NCBI GenBank assembly: GCA_951406725.2
Contig: OX597814.1
Coordinates: forward strand, 68,510,001-68,574,000
Length of the DNA stretch: 64,000 nucleotides
Direction: 5' to 3'
Source of the DNA: Octopus vulgaris
Taxonomy: Eukaryota
In this document: positions 10,242 to 23,229 of the stretch, in pieces
Layout of the letters: each line of letters begins with the position of its first letter
How positions within the stretch are numbered: position 1 is the stretch's first letter
The notes under the pieces: generated by a model
Database searches by the model: none
Told to the model about the DNA's origin: nothing
What the model saw: the letters and a program-made list of their open reading frames with translations, nothing else
Position numbers and translations under genes: made by a program

Positions 10242-11010
10242 AGATAATGGAACAAAAAGGCAATAGAGAACAATAAAATATTCGGACAGGTAGACGATAC
10301 AAAGTCGGACAGACGAAACAGCAATTAGGACAGGAAAAAAAGACGACTCATTCCTGGCCTTCTTTCATCAGTCAAATATACCAGAAGTCATTTCTGTTTC
10401 GGGCAGTTACACTTCAGACAGTTCGATTTGATTTGCCCTCCAAAAAGTCTGAGCTAAGAGCATTAGTAAGAAAGCTAGCGAATGTGTTCGGCAACAAAGA
10501 CAAATAACGAAGAACATGGTACGCAATTACAAATATAAACAACAGGAAAATAACAAGTGTCTTTCGACTGAGAACGAATCAAATTGAGTTGACGTGTATG
10601 ATGAAGTGAAAGCCTAAAGGCAGGAAAATATGAGAGGTGTTGGCGGTCGGCAATCAGGCCAAGAAAGATCGTGGCTGGCTGGACACCGGTCACATGGAAG
10701 GAGGAGAGAGGGGTAGGGGCAGCGGAATGGAGGGGTTAGAAAAAATCAGAGCCATAGGGAAAGGAACAAGAGAGATAAGCGTTGGGATTTGAAGAGAGGG
10801 CCAAGAAATATGTGTGTGAGAGAGAGAGGGGCAAGAGAAAGATAGAGTAAGAGTCGTACAAAATTTAGATACATATCTACTATAAGGTGGGCAACCGTGT
10901 ATACATACGCCGCTATATGTATATATAAATATAAAAAATGACTTTCGACTGAGGGCGAATCAAATTCAACTGGCTTCTATGAAGTGAAAGCCTGAAGGCA
11001 GGAACATAGA
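10242..11010. mobile_element. Probable non-autonomous PLE-type repeat with partial tandem duplication
   Basis: 10560-10630 is repeated at 10942-11010; decayed CTGATGA core on the minus strand near 10365. Confidence 0.4.
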
Positions 11011-12089
11011 TGGACATAAGAGACAGAGAGAGAGGTGGAGGGAAGAATAGACAGAGATAGACAGACAAGCAGGCCGGCAGACAGACAAGCAGGCAGGTTG
11101 ATTATATTCTCTAAACAAATTATTTCTTTTTATAAACTGTAATTTTGACTTTGATGTATTTCGCACAACTGTTCTCTTAAGCTTATAGTTTTAAGGTAAA
11201 GTTAAGAAGTTCTTCATATCTTCCATAATCGGTATTTTGGCTTTTGTTCTAAGTAAATAACCGAAGATATATTTCAACGTATTTCAGATACAATTGTTTT
11301 CAATGATTTTAGTTTTATAAATTCTCAGTCGTAGATAAACTTTGGAATTTGCCCTCGTACATTTGCTTTCAATACAGGCCCCATCTAATTGATTAAGCAA
11401 TATTATAAATATAAATATTATAAAATTTTTTTTGCTTTAGCATTGATGTAGTAACGTATGAAGTACACAACGTTACAGTAGTTGAGTTGTAATTGAGCTT
11501 ATAATTTAACCAGCCCAATATTTTGTTGTTTTTTAATGTCGAAATTCCACTATTATTCTCTTTATAAATCAAACAATTTGATGGTGTTTGGAATTTTTCC
11601 ACATTTTATAAGTATCCCGCATTTCTAATCACTCGCGTACGGACTTTTTCTAAATGTATTTTTTTAATCCATGTTTTATGCAAAGTCTTCTACTCACACC
11701 CTCGTCGTATCTTCGGAGCACCAGCCACGACTAATTTAATTTTTCTTGTTAGTTTCTGTAGTGTTCTAATATTCCAATTTTGAAACATTTAAGTGAAGAG
11801 ATGGGAGTACGAAATTTTTATTCTAAAAATGCGTAATTCAAGTATCTCAAAATGTGCAAGATATTTAGAACAACCAAAATTTGATTAGAGTTAAATCAGT
11901 CCCTTTTGTCAAGTAATAAATGTTTGTTTCTTGCTTATGTATACTTTGTTTGGTTTAAGAGCTACTATTTGTAATACAACTAAAAATATAAAAAGGAGTC
12001 AGTATTTTGTGCTTGAGCTATAGATGGGACCCATTCGTGACAGGTTGTCATCGCTGCCTCATCAATTTATTGAATAAGATATACTCAGT

Positions 12090-12775
12090 ATGTTCAACAG
12101 GAAATAACCGTCCACAATTAACCTATATGATAGAATTAACAGTTCATTGAGCATAGTTATCACAACAGTAAATAAAATCAAGGTACATGCTTTCAATTTC
12201 CCACTGTTTGAACAGCTCTGCACTGAGAATGATAAAGATTTTAAATGTTTGTTGTTGCATACAGAATTTCGAAGACTGTCAAAGAGAAACTACCTGAGAA
12301 GTTTTTATTTCCTTTTTAAAATAGACGTTGAATTCAGACTCTTATTCTCTTAATAATGATGAACTAAGAAACATCAAGTATGACATTGCTTGTATGGCAA
12401 ATATATTCACAAATTTCAATGAAGTTAATTTAAAGCCAAAACCCACAATGAGGTTAAGCTCTATCAATGTACAATTAGCCCTTTCGATGTTTCTGTCCAT
12501 GTTAAAGAGTGATTCAAATATAACATAAAATGTTATTAGTTTTTCCAGTTTCCGAGTCTCTCTCAATTGGAGAAGAAAAATTGCACACCATAAGATGACT
12601 TTCAAGTCACACTTGGCTGAGCTGCACAGAGGAACGTCTGACAGATTTGAGGATGTCTATTTTTGCTTAAAATAACAGTCTGGGTGATTAATCTACTCCT
12701 AGATATTAATATTTTGACAAGCATAATGGAGGAAGAACTTATTTACCTTCAAAATGACATTAAAGTGATACTAAA
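12090..12775 (+). pseudogene. hAT (Buster/Charlie-like) transposase remnant
   Basis: VITTVNKIK...LFEQLCTENDKDFKCLLLHTEFRRLSKRNYLRSFY matches the Buster motif LLLHTEVRWLSKG; downstream DIACMANIFTNFNEVNL and EELIYLQND. Confidence 0.8.
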
Positions 12776-12814
<39 letters not shown>

Positions 12815-13737
12815 TGTGAATGCATATATAAAACAAGATGATGTGATAAGCAGGCTATAATTTTCAAATGACATCTGTTTCCGTGCGGTGGCAACACTTG
12901 CAATTTGGTGAGTTTTCATTCTCATACCATTACATAAAATTATTTTATAAATTATTATATAAAGAATCCTGATCCAGCAACTTCATCAAGCAGGTTGCTT
13001 TCATAGCGCTGCTGGCTCACATTCACTTTCCTCTCTTTTATGTGCTTTTGCTTTCTTTCTTTTCCGAGTAGTTCATAGATTCAAGGTGACACAAGCTACA
13101 AATACTGAAAAAAATATAAATATAGTAACAGCAAAATAAAAAGTAAAAATGCCAATTTCGAAACAAATAAACCAATCTCATTATTGGATAGAAAAATCCC
13201 AAATAAATGTTTAAATGCAGATCGAAACTAACATCCTGTCTTTTTTATTCTAGTGTGATCTCGTCCCTTTTCTGTCTTATCTGCAAGTGTTTTGCTTCAA
13301 ATGACCCATTATTATGACTTCCAGAAATATATCCACTCGTCTGTGTATTCACTCTAAAAACTTAATTTCATTTATTCTTTTTCGAAAAAATCATCTTTTT
13401 GACAGTCAACAAGATTCTTATCTTATATAGAGATTTATTCACCTTTAGCCATTTATACATATTGACGTCCATTCACACACGCACACGCACACACACAACG
13501 ACATACACACTGATACGGACATTTATGCATATATACTTTTATCTTCTAGATCTATATACACACTATTTTTACACCTACACATCTGCAGAACTCACATACT
13601 TACAAAGATACGCACAGGTACTCACCTACCTACCAACTATTGGCAATTCTTCTCGTTTTCTGTCGTTAAATCAATACTTTTACTTACACATATTCCTTAT
13701 ACTTTTCTAAATTTTCTAAATGTGTATTATATAAACG

Positions 13738-13783
<46 letters not shown>

Positions 13784-13799
13784 TCAGGGTCGCGAGTGT

Positions 13800-14220
13800 A
13801 GGAATTTAGTGATCGTCCAAGACAGATACCTTCTTTCAAAACCCTAAAGCGTATTATCCAACACACTTCGAAACAAGAATATTGCACGATATCTACAGAT
13901 CGATCTATATTTGTCTAATTGCGTTCAGCCCCAATTTCAAAGCGCGATTGCATAACTACTACACTACCTTTCGATCAGAGGCTAGGGCTAATTGTACTCC
14001 TTTGTCTAGGCTAATCCACTCAGTGGATCACGATATCAAATGTTCCATTGTTAAACACGCTAGACTATATAACGGATATAGTAACAAGTGTGCACTCTGT
14101 ATTGCTGAAGTAAAAGCTATTTTGCAATATAATGGTTGCTTTAATAAACATAGCAGTCAACATCAATTATGTCATTTATATAAAAATAAATTCCCCTACT
14201 GCAACTGTCCAAACCTTTAG
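13800..14220 (+). pseudogene. Penelope-like element GIY-YIG endonuclease remnant
   Basis: IYICL...FKARLHNYYTTF...TPLSRLI...IKCSIVKHARLYNGYSNKCALCIAEVKAIL...FNK...KNKF follows the PLE endonuclease consensus. Confidence 0.75.
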
Positions 14221-14713
14221 TCCATTTAGCCTCCCTTTAATTCCTGGTTTTGTAACTTTGGCATATACTTCCTCTAGAATATTTTCTCGTAATATATCTT
14301 CTATATTTTTAGGAATCTTCTTTGTACGACGAATCGTAACTTTTCGGTACTCTGACTATTTATTCCTTCGTTAAAAATTTTAAACCTTTTTATATTTCTT
14401 TAATCTATTTTTATATGTTATTTTTGTTATTTTTTAATTTTATTCTTACCATCATTTACATACGCATCATCTCCATCAAAGTAATATACATGTAGTGTTA
14501 TATATATATGAGTATAGGAATGAATGTGTGTATATATATTTATATAAATATATACATATGCGTATATTTGCGTTTTTATGTGTTTGTGCGTGTGTGTGTA
14601 TATGTGTGTGTGTAAGTGAGTGTGAGTATGTACATGTATGCATGTGTATAGACGTATACACTATTTTATATACGTCTCCACCCTACTTTTTTGTTATGTC
14701 TACATACATACAA

Positions 14714-14750
<37 letters not shown>

Positions 14751-14751
<1 letters not shown>

Positions 14752-14916
14752 AGGCGTAGGAGTGGCTGTGTGGTAAGTAGCTTGTTTACCAACCACATGG
14801 TTCCGGGTTCAGTTCCACTGCGTGGCACCTTGGGCAAGTGTCTTCTACTATAGCCTCGGGCCGACCAAAGCCTTGTGAGTGGATTTGATAGATGGAAACT
14901 GAAAGAAGCCCGTCGT
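14751..14916 (+). mobile_element. Major SINE, head half
   Basis: AGGCGTAGGAGTGGCTGTGTGGTAAG...GGGTTCAGTTCC...GAAGCCCGTCG. Confidence 0.9.
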
Positions 14917-14926
14917 ATATATGTAC

Positions 14927-14979
<53 letters not shown>

Positions 14980-14982
<3 letters not shown>

Positions 14983-15045
14983 TTGTCAAGAAATGCTAGG
15001 GGGACAAACACAGACACACAAACACACCCACGCATATATATACAC

Positions 15046-15078
<33 letters not shown>

Positions 15079-15255
15079 ACATACATATATACGACGGGCT
15101 TCTTTCAGTTTCCGTCTACCAAATCCACTCACAAGGCTTTGGTCGGCCCGAGGCTATAGTAGAAGACACTTGCCCAAGGTGCCACGCAGTGGGACTGAAC
15201 CCGGAACCATGTGGTTGGTAAACAAGCTACTTACCACACAGCCACTCCTACGCCT

Positions 15256-15256
<1 letters not shown>
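14980..15256 (-). mobile_element. Major SINE, inverted relative to the 14751 copy
   Basis: Near-identical reverse complement of 14751-14916 plus part of the body. Confidence 0.9.
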
Positions 15257-15290
<34 letters not shown>

Positions 15291-15294
<4 letters not shown>

Positions 15295-15455
15295 CGCAGG
15301 CATGGTTGTGTGGTAAGCAACTTGCTTCCAATCCCATGGCTCCGAGTTCAGTCCCACTGCGTGCCATGCTACCTTAAGCAAGTGTCTTCTACTATCCCCT
15401 CGACCTGCCAAAATCCTGGCAGTGGATTTAGTAGACGGAAACTGAAAGAAACCTG

Positions 15456-15458
<3 letters not shown>
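15291..15458 (+). mobile_element. Major SINE, older head half
   Basis: Diverged copy of the same head. Confidence 0.85.
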
Positions 15459-15498
<40 letters not shown>

Positions 15499-16119
15499 TA
15501 AATAAAACATATGCATATATATAAACATATATGTACGTACCTACCTCTACATGTACATATATACGCATATATGAGTACAGGACAATTAACACAAAGAAAA
15601 AAACCCTTCTTCAGTCGCTATGGTTTCATCTACTCTACGTTTCGAAGATGAAAGCGAGACGTATCTTCGACAAGAAACTTTCCTTCCTGCGAAAAGTAAA
15701 TCAATTAAAATTTTGAGATCTTTTCGCAGAGGGGTAAAAAATGGTAACAAAAACAGGACAGTAACGACACTACAAATTATAAACAGTAAAAGACAGGACA
15801 AGGAAAACAAGATAAGAAGGGCTGTTAACGCCGAACGAAAAAAAGTATTACGAACGCGGATTTTTTTTGTGAACGACGAACGGAGCAAAAAGAATTGCCG
15901 TCCACACCTCGAGAGGGTTAGGCTAGAAAGACAATAGCGGAAGTATCGTCGCGGGTCAACGACGGGAGGGGGAGGAGAAGCAAGAGAAAGGAAGAGAAGA
16001 AGGGGAATGGTTGTGAGGAAGCCATGAAGAATGAGAGAGGGAGAGAGAGAGAGAGTGAAGAATTAGAGAGAGGGAGAGACAAGTTAAGTATAATGTATGT
16101 TTGTATATATGTATATGTA

Positions 16120-16345
16120 TATGTATTTGTGTGTTTGTGTTTGTCCCCCACCATCGCCTGACAACCGATGTTGGTGTGTTTAAATCTCCGTAACCTAGTG
16201 ATTCGGTAAAAGTGTCCGATAGAATAAGTACTAGGCTTTACAAAGAATAAGTCCAAGGGTAGATTCGTTCGATTTAAGTTGGTATTCCAGCATTGCCGCA
16301 GTCAAATGATTAAAACAAGTAAAAGAATAAAAGAAAAGAAAAGAA
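16120..16345 (+). mobile_element. Major SINE, 3' half
   Basis: GTGTTTGTCCCC...ACAACCGATG...GATAGAATAAGTACTAGGC...GCAGTCAAATGA..AAACAAGTAAAAGA. Confidence 0.85.
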
Positions 16346-16347
16346 TT

Positions 16348-16372
16348 ATATATATATGTGTATATATATATA

Positions 16373-16453
<81 letters not shown>

Positions 16454-16529
16454 AATATATATATATATATAAGAAATATATATATATATATATATATATA
16501 AAAGAAATATATATATATATATATAAAAG

Positions 16530-16571
<42 letters not shown>
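16348..16571. repeat. (TA)n microsatellite with periodic AAAGAAA interruptions
   Basis: Directly visible. Confidence 0.95.
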
Positions 16572-16573
<2 letters not shown>

Positions 16574-17240
16574 TTTTAAAACTTATTTACTGGATGTTAG
16601 CAAAAGTATTTTATTTTTTAATCTCATTGCTTTATCTCTTTAAGTTCCACTCTACATCTTTTTCATACACTTTGGTTTATCTACACTTTTACATATTTTT
16701 ATATATACATATTCTCTCTTCCTCCCTCAGAAATTCTATTTGTGGCTTTTATTACTCCCCTATTGACCTTTAATCCTTTATCAGTGTGTCCCAATAAATT
16801 ATATCATATTAGCCGCCTAGAACATTTACGCCATCAGTTCTTTGTCCTATACTAGCAATATGACGCCTTAGTGTAAAGGAATTTTATTGTTAGTCCTCAC
16901 CTCCTCGATTTGTCTCTCTTTTCCTTCTTTTTAATGACGTCTAGAAATACACCCCCTTATTTCCTTTTAGGATTACCTACCCTCTCAGTATTAATTTCAA
17001 TGGTCATTTGATTTTGATTTTGTTTCTGATTTCAACCTGCCATTCGTGTTGTGGCTAGTTTGGTAATTCATTTGTTCATCTCCACGCCACAATGTAAACA
17101 CGGTATACATAATAGGACCTAAAAATTAACCAAGTTCGTTATGTGTGTTGCATCTTATGATGGAAGAATTACTTTGCTATGAAATGATCGTAGTCCGTTC
17201 TTTATCTGTTCCATTCCTTATATTCTCGGATACATACTTA

Positions 17241-17242
<2 letters not shown>

Positions 17243-17337
<95 letters not shown>

Positions 17338-17360
17338 GTATATGTATATGTATATATATG

Positions 17361-17447
<87 letters not shown>

Positions 17448-17460
17448 GTATATATATATA
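17243..17460. repeat. Compound (TA)n/(TG)n microsatellite
   Basis: Directly visible. Confidence 0.95.
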
Positions 17461-17710
17461 GGTGGCGTCCTACTGACAGCAAAAAGTTTTCTCTATATAT
17501 GAGTTGACAATCGTTGATCGTGACACCTGTACTTATTTAATTTGTAATGATGTAATGATGTAATATGATCCTAATCTCACCATAAATTTTATTATACAAG
17601 CTTTCTGTGACTCTTATATATATATATAAAGTTCTGCAGAGTATCTTCTCAGTTCTCACGGGAACTGAGATGTATTGCGAAAGTGTTATCTTAACGAGTT
17701 GTATCTGTTT

Positions 17711-17816
17711 ATCACCCGAAGAGACCCATCTGCACAGTCGGATGCTCATGAACCAGAAGTTAGGTATCCCACTTGTGAGGGATCGATGCTAGATTTGTCG
17801 AAACAATTGTAGTGAT
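17711..17816 (+). ncRNA. Hammerhead-like motif with ~70-nt insert in stem II
   Basis: [ATCAC]CCGAAGA-[GAC...GTC]-GAAA-CAATTG-TA-[GTGAT]; one core substitution (CCG for CTG). Confidence 0.55.
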
Positions 17817-18430
17817 TAATATAAAAAAATCTCTCGTATCTCCCATCTTCAGTCTCTTTATAACCATTTATACGTATAAATGAATCAAAGAGATACAACT
17901 TATGCGTAGCTGAAAGGTCGCTCATTTTAGGTCTAGGGGATTCTACCGCACTACTTAATAGCAGAACCGAAATGTTTAGCAAATGGAAACTAATGGACAG
18001 GTCTCTTTTGATGAACTGTAAAATATACCTGCTCTATACTGAGTAGCCGTCACACAGATTTTGGCCTCTCTATTATCATCCACCAGCTACATTAATTATG
18101 GTTTCTACAGTTAAAAGAGTATGAGGATCTTGTTTTTCTTACTTTTTTTTCTCTCTTTGTTCCACCTTCGCGTTTTGTTTCTTCTCGGTTTCCCTTTTTG
18201 TGTTTTCGCATGTTTCCTCATAATCCAGCATTCTAGTTCTTAAATACATCTTAGGTGTGAACTGAGTCTGAAGATTGCTTGGAGATGCGTGTCATGTTAT
18301 ATGAGTCTGCAAATTTAATGTCTTAAAAGCATAAATCTATTAGTAGCTCTTTTGTAATTGCGTATCTTAAATGCTATGTGTGTGTGTGTGAATATATGTC
18401 GATGCGTGTGTGTGTGTGAATACATCTAGA

Positions 18431-18468
<38 letters not shown>

Positions 18469-19199
18469 CTAATTGTGTTTATCTTTATTGTGACATTCAT
18501 GTCAGCTGATTCTGATTTCTCTTATAGCCACTCCTGATCCCACCCAGGATAAATAATTCGGAGTTAAAGTCCAAATTCATTTGAACACTACATCGTGATT
18601 TCTATACTGAACATATCTAGGTCTCACCTATTTCTTGTGTATATATAAATATATATCCAAGGAATCTAAAGCTTTTAGCTTAGTTTTTCCTTGGGACTGG
18701 CCAAATTGGAGCAATCTCAAGAATAATCAGCCGAAATTGCGAGGATAATCTGGTGCTTGACTGAGGAAAGATAACTTCAAATAACCCGCCCATTTTTCTT
18801 TGTATCGTCTGTCTGGATGTTTTGTTGTCCCTTTCTGTATCACCTAGCTGTCCGAATGTTTTGCGTTCTTGTCCCATTTTGTATTATATATATATAGAGA
18901 GAGAGAGCGGTGTACGTACACTTTGGTCTCTTATATATAAGTACACATTTTTCAAAAACGACTCTATTTCTGTCTATCCGCCCTTTTACGCGTATTCATT
19001 CATTCCACTCTTCGTTCTTCCGGCCCCCCTCTCTCACATTTCTTTGCCTTCTCTTCTTACTCACTTTCCCTCAACTTTTCACTTCACTATGTTCCTGTCA
19101 TTTTTTTCGCATCTCCTTAATTCTTCTCTCCCTCCGTTTCTACTTCTCTCTCTTCTCTCTCCCTCCTTAATTCTCCTGTACCTATTCATATATATTCAA

Positions 19200-19392
19200 G
19201 TACCTATATCAATGGTATGATGCTATTAAACTTGATTTAAGTAAAAGGACAATGAGCAATGAAATTGTACATGATGAAATTGTATATGATGAAGTCAAAC
19301 GCCATCTAGAAGGGAGATATGTGAGAACCCCTGAAGTGATGTGGTGGTTACTTGAAAACAAAATGCACAACAGATCCCAGTCTTCTATAACA
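19200..19392 (+). pseudogene. Helitron Rep/helicase linker fragment
   Basis: DEVKRHLEGRYVRTPEVMWWLLENKMHNRSQ matches Helitron DEIxxYxxxRYxxxxEAxWRxxxFxMHxRS. Confidence 0.7.
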
Positions 19393-19469
19393 GTCTTCTG
19401 GCGTCTGAATCATATTTATTTAATGTGAAAAACTCAATCAAAGTTGTTGTTTCTTTTTGCTGCAAGATT

Positions 19470-22400
19470 AAGGTTTTCAGGCAGCCATCATCAATGTATC
19501 TTGCATTTTGGTGTCAATTTCGTTGTCAACCACTTTAAGGCTTGAATTGCTAAACTCTTGAGGCATTCCAATTGTTTCATCAGTACTGCTTGACCGAGTT
19601 TGAACATTGACTCTATCAGGCCCTTTAGTGAGGTACTTGAAAAGATATTTCACCGCCAGTAGTGTACACAGCCTCAACATTTAGATGACGGTTGTATCGA
19701 AGAGATAGCAATGGGTTTTATGGCACTATGAAGCTATTATCTACTTCAATAGACGTCCGTGAAGTTCAAATAATGTGTCCTGCCTCCAGAGGTTGGTGAC
19801 CGGCGTCTGTATTCTGGATAGGCGTCATCATTCACAAATGTGTATTTCTGCATTGTTTGGGTAATGATTTTGTACATTTTGGTGGGTCACCATCCGTGCA
19901 CGGACTATTTGGATTATGGTAGCCACATGGTCCGTGAATGTTGATTTTTACAACGCTCTCCAATAGTTCTAGATTCATATCCCTATATGGTATCTCCGCA
20001 TATTCAACTCGATCAATGATTTCTGATGTTCTTGGCTTATCTGTAGCAGCCATAGAGAGCAATATGTGGACAAGGGGCAGACCTCTCTTCTGCCATTCAG
20101 TTGTAGAGTCATGTGCTACTACTTTTCCCAAGACATTCTTCTTTAATAGATCATCGTTCAGAGAGTTGTACTTCATTTTAAGCACTCTGGCTGCGATGTC
20201 AGATCGATCCTGTGTTCGTTCACCTTCACACGGAGCTTACGTTATCTCAGTCCACTTTGGGTTGACTATCATAGTGATGAAGAAGTCAGGCATTCCAAAC
20301 TCTCTCACCAGAGTCATTCCAGCTTGGAAACACTCCCTGTAAAACTGAGGAGGACCAGTATGTGATGGTGGAAGAATGATTTTAGACCCTACATCATTCA
20401 TGTCACCATTTGCAATAGCATCCAGAAGGCCCTGGTACTTTTCAGCCTTAAGCTGTTTCTGATCAGTTCTCAGGAAATGTAATCGATCTTGCTCTATCTT
20501 TGCATATTGATCTACTGCATATTGTTCCATCAGACGCCTACTTTTCATTATGCCAGTGAACTCATCCTTTTTTATCTGAAGCTGATAAGAATAAAAGTCA
20601 TATCTATTGATGTTTTTGCTTTGGTCATTGTCCTTCAAGAGCACATTTCAACCATCTTCCCCATAGGGAAACAGAAGTACATAGTGTAGAGAGTTATAGC
20701 TTCTGTGAGTTTGACTAATGTAGTCTAACTTCCCATTGCTCTCTCTCTCTCTGTACTACACAAGAACATCTGCAGCTTTAATGCTTGGATTATTGGTATC
20801 ATCTCCCTCAATGATCACAGGAACTTCTGATGCAGTCAGTGGATTATAGGTTCTCACATGTGACCCAGCATGAATAAACCGTTTGTCATGACAAAATAAT
20901 ATCACAGGTAGTACATTATCCTTGTGCAGAGTATTCCTTAATTATATCAATAGCCTGTTTAAAACTTTTGACATATGGATTGTGCGTATGCAGTGCTCTC
21001 TGCATGTCTATCAGGATTTCTCATCAAGGTCAGTCATCTCCTCTGAATGACAACTTGTTTTTCATCTTATTTTCAGTGTTAGCGAAATATAGGTCTGTGT
21101 AGACTGGCTTCTTATTTATTGGTAGAAGACTTCCTATGCAGTGGTACAACTTTCATTAAATCTTGAAAGTAGGCATAAAAGTGCCACCACCCGGTGGTCC
21201 AGCTGGTGGATTATCCAGCCCAAGTCAAGCCATAATCACTAAATTATTGTAGTCACGAATTTTGTTCAGAAACACTTGACCGCATAGATTAACATCAGAG
21301 TACTTAGCTATTAATTCTGGGGGATTTTTTAACTGTGGATCTTTGTCATCGCTAATTTTCCACTTACCACAACAGAGGGTAGTTTTCTCAGCACCCCAAA
21401 TGTAAGCTTTGCAGTCAGAACATGTTCTGTTAAAAATGTTTCCACAGTAGTTCAACATAAGGCGTGGGTTTCGTTCTTTCTCATGAAAAATCTGTCACAT
21501 CAACTTCCATAGCCATTCTTTCAGTGTTAGTTCTTTGCTGATGAAGTTTCGATTGGTATCATGTCTGGTTGTTTGCTTTGCTGACGAAGTTTCGTGCCTG
21601 GTTATGGCAGCAACGTGTTTTCCCTAAAGTCCTGGTTCCTCAGCCGATCAGTATTCCTCCGTGCTTCTGTTTCTCGTGGTGTTTCCATTGCACGACTTTC
21701 CTCTGTTTTCAGCCGACTCACATTCCTCAGTGCTTCTGTTTTTTTCTGGTCTTTCCATTGCACGGGTTTCCTACCTCCTTAGCCTATCTGTATTTCTCTT
21801 CGGATGTTTTCATTGCACGGATTTCTTACATTCTCTTTCGTTTTATTTCGAGACAGTGAGAAGAACTGATTCCTGGTCTTTTTTCTTCAATTAACATCAG
21901 CGATCTTTTGTGAACAAGAATTTTGTGGGGACAGGTTATGCCCTTTCTTTTTCTGGGCATAGTGTACCGTTGAAAGCGTGAATAATTATGACAATATTAC
22001 AGTGAAAGTTTTGAGACGATTCAGCTAGTTTTTGAGCTAATTTCACGGTATTTATTGTAAATACTTAACTTGGGTATTTATTTACAGTTACACCACTCTC
22101 GCTAAACATTATCTTAAAGGGCGATTTTTATGTTGTTGAATTGCTCTAAACGAATTTCACCATAAACATATCGGAAATTAAGTATTTTTAGGGTAATAAT
22201 AAAAGTAGTCGAACCTATTTTCATGCAGTCGAACGCGCAAAGTTTCCGAAATTTTCGTATTTTTTACGTCTACTATTTCAGATTTCTATGCATGCGTGAA
22301 ATATCAGACGAAAGTACATTCAATAACAAATTCACACACGCAACGACATAAAGAAGCATAACAATAGTTCCGCAAAAGGTTAAGAGAGAGTGAATTAAGA

Positions 22401-22929
22401 GAAGCAGTAAATATGTAAGAGTTATGAGAGGCAACATTGTATGCAATTCTGTCAATTGCCACTCCTAACACTATAGTTCTCAATAGGAGAAAGGGATAGT
22501 AAGCATGAGGAATAGTAGGAGAGTCATTGAATAGTGAGAGAGGAGTAATTCATTCTGTCGGATTTTACCAGACTGGAACCGTGCCGGTTAATTTTCGGGA
22601 ATCTTCTATAGATTTTGACACTCTCGGGGTACCCACAGTTACTCATGCAGAGTTTAGTCAAAATCGGGTGAACATAAGCGAAGTGGCCACAAGGTCAGGG
22701 ATCGGTTTCACATACCTTTATCATTTGAACGCGGTTCCTTCAGATCAGATCCAGACCGTTTAGTTTTCGGGGATCCTATATAGATGCTGACACTCCCCCG
22801 GTACCCACGATTCCGCATGCCAAGTTTGATCAAAATCGATCCAGTGGTTGCGGAGGGGTTTGGTAACAAAATTTTGACACACACATGCACGCACGCACGC
22901 ACGCACGAACGCGCACGCACACACGCACG

Positions 22930-22997
<68 letters not shown>

Positions 22998-23045
22998 CGC
23001 GCACACACACACATACATAAATAGAGCAATTATAGTAATGAAAAT
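19470..23045 (-). mobile_element. Helitron 5' half (5' UTR with (TG)n, repeat-rich N-terminus, Rep domain)
   Basis: Rep motifs listed in the next entry; 22500-23040 resembles a Helitron 5' region (microsatellite followed by GATCGATTTTGATCAAACTTGGCA). Confidence 0.85.
19477..21900 (-). pseudogene. Helitron RepHel pseudogene, Rep (HUH/Y2) part
   Basis: CSDCKA...CCGK; QYAVDQYAKIEQDRL; ILPPSHTGPPQFY; PDFFITMIVNPKW; EWQKRGLPLVHILL; HGPCG; VKYLFKYLTKGPDR. Confidence 0.93.
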
Positions 23046-23229
23046 GTAGCAGTGGAGAGAGTTGCCCGTCGTAACACTCTTCTAACAGCATGGTTTCTCC
23101 TTAATCAACAATATAAAAATACACTTTATATCAGTTGTATTAGTTTATATACTGATATTCTTTACCATTATGTATTTGACAAAAGGATGACTGATTAGAA
23201 ACCACGCAAAAGAGGAGTGAAAATGATTT

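Noticed and set aside
11100-11640. Possible PLE reverse transcriptase remnant on the minus strand
   Set aside because: Only faint motif traces; too decayed to support by eye.
15590-15700. Partial hammerhead words (CTGAAGA, CGAAACGTAG) on minus; similar traces near 9150, 10365, 17910, 18535 and 62685
   Set aside because: Core halves are incomplete or in the wrong order; no full fold.
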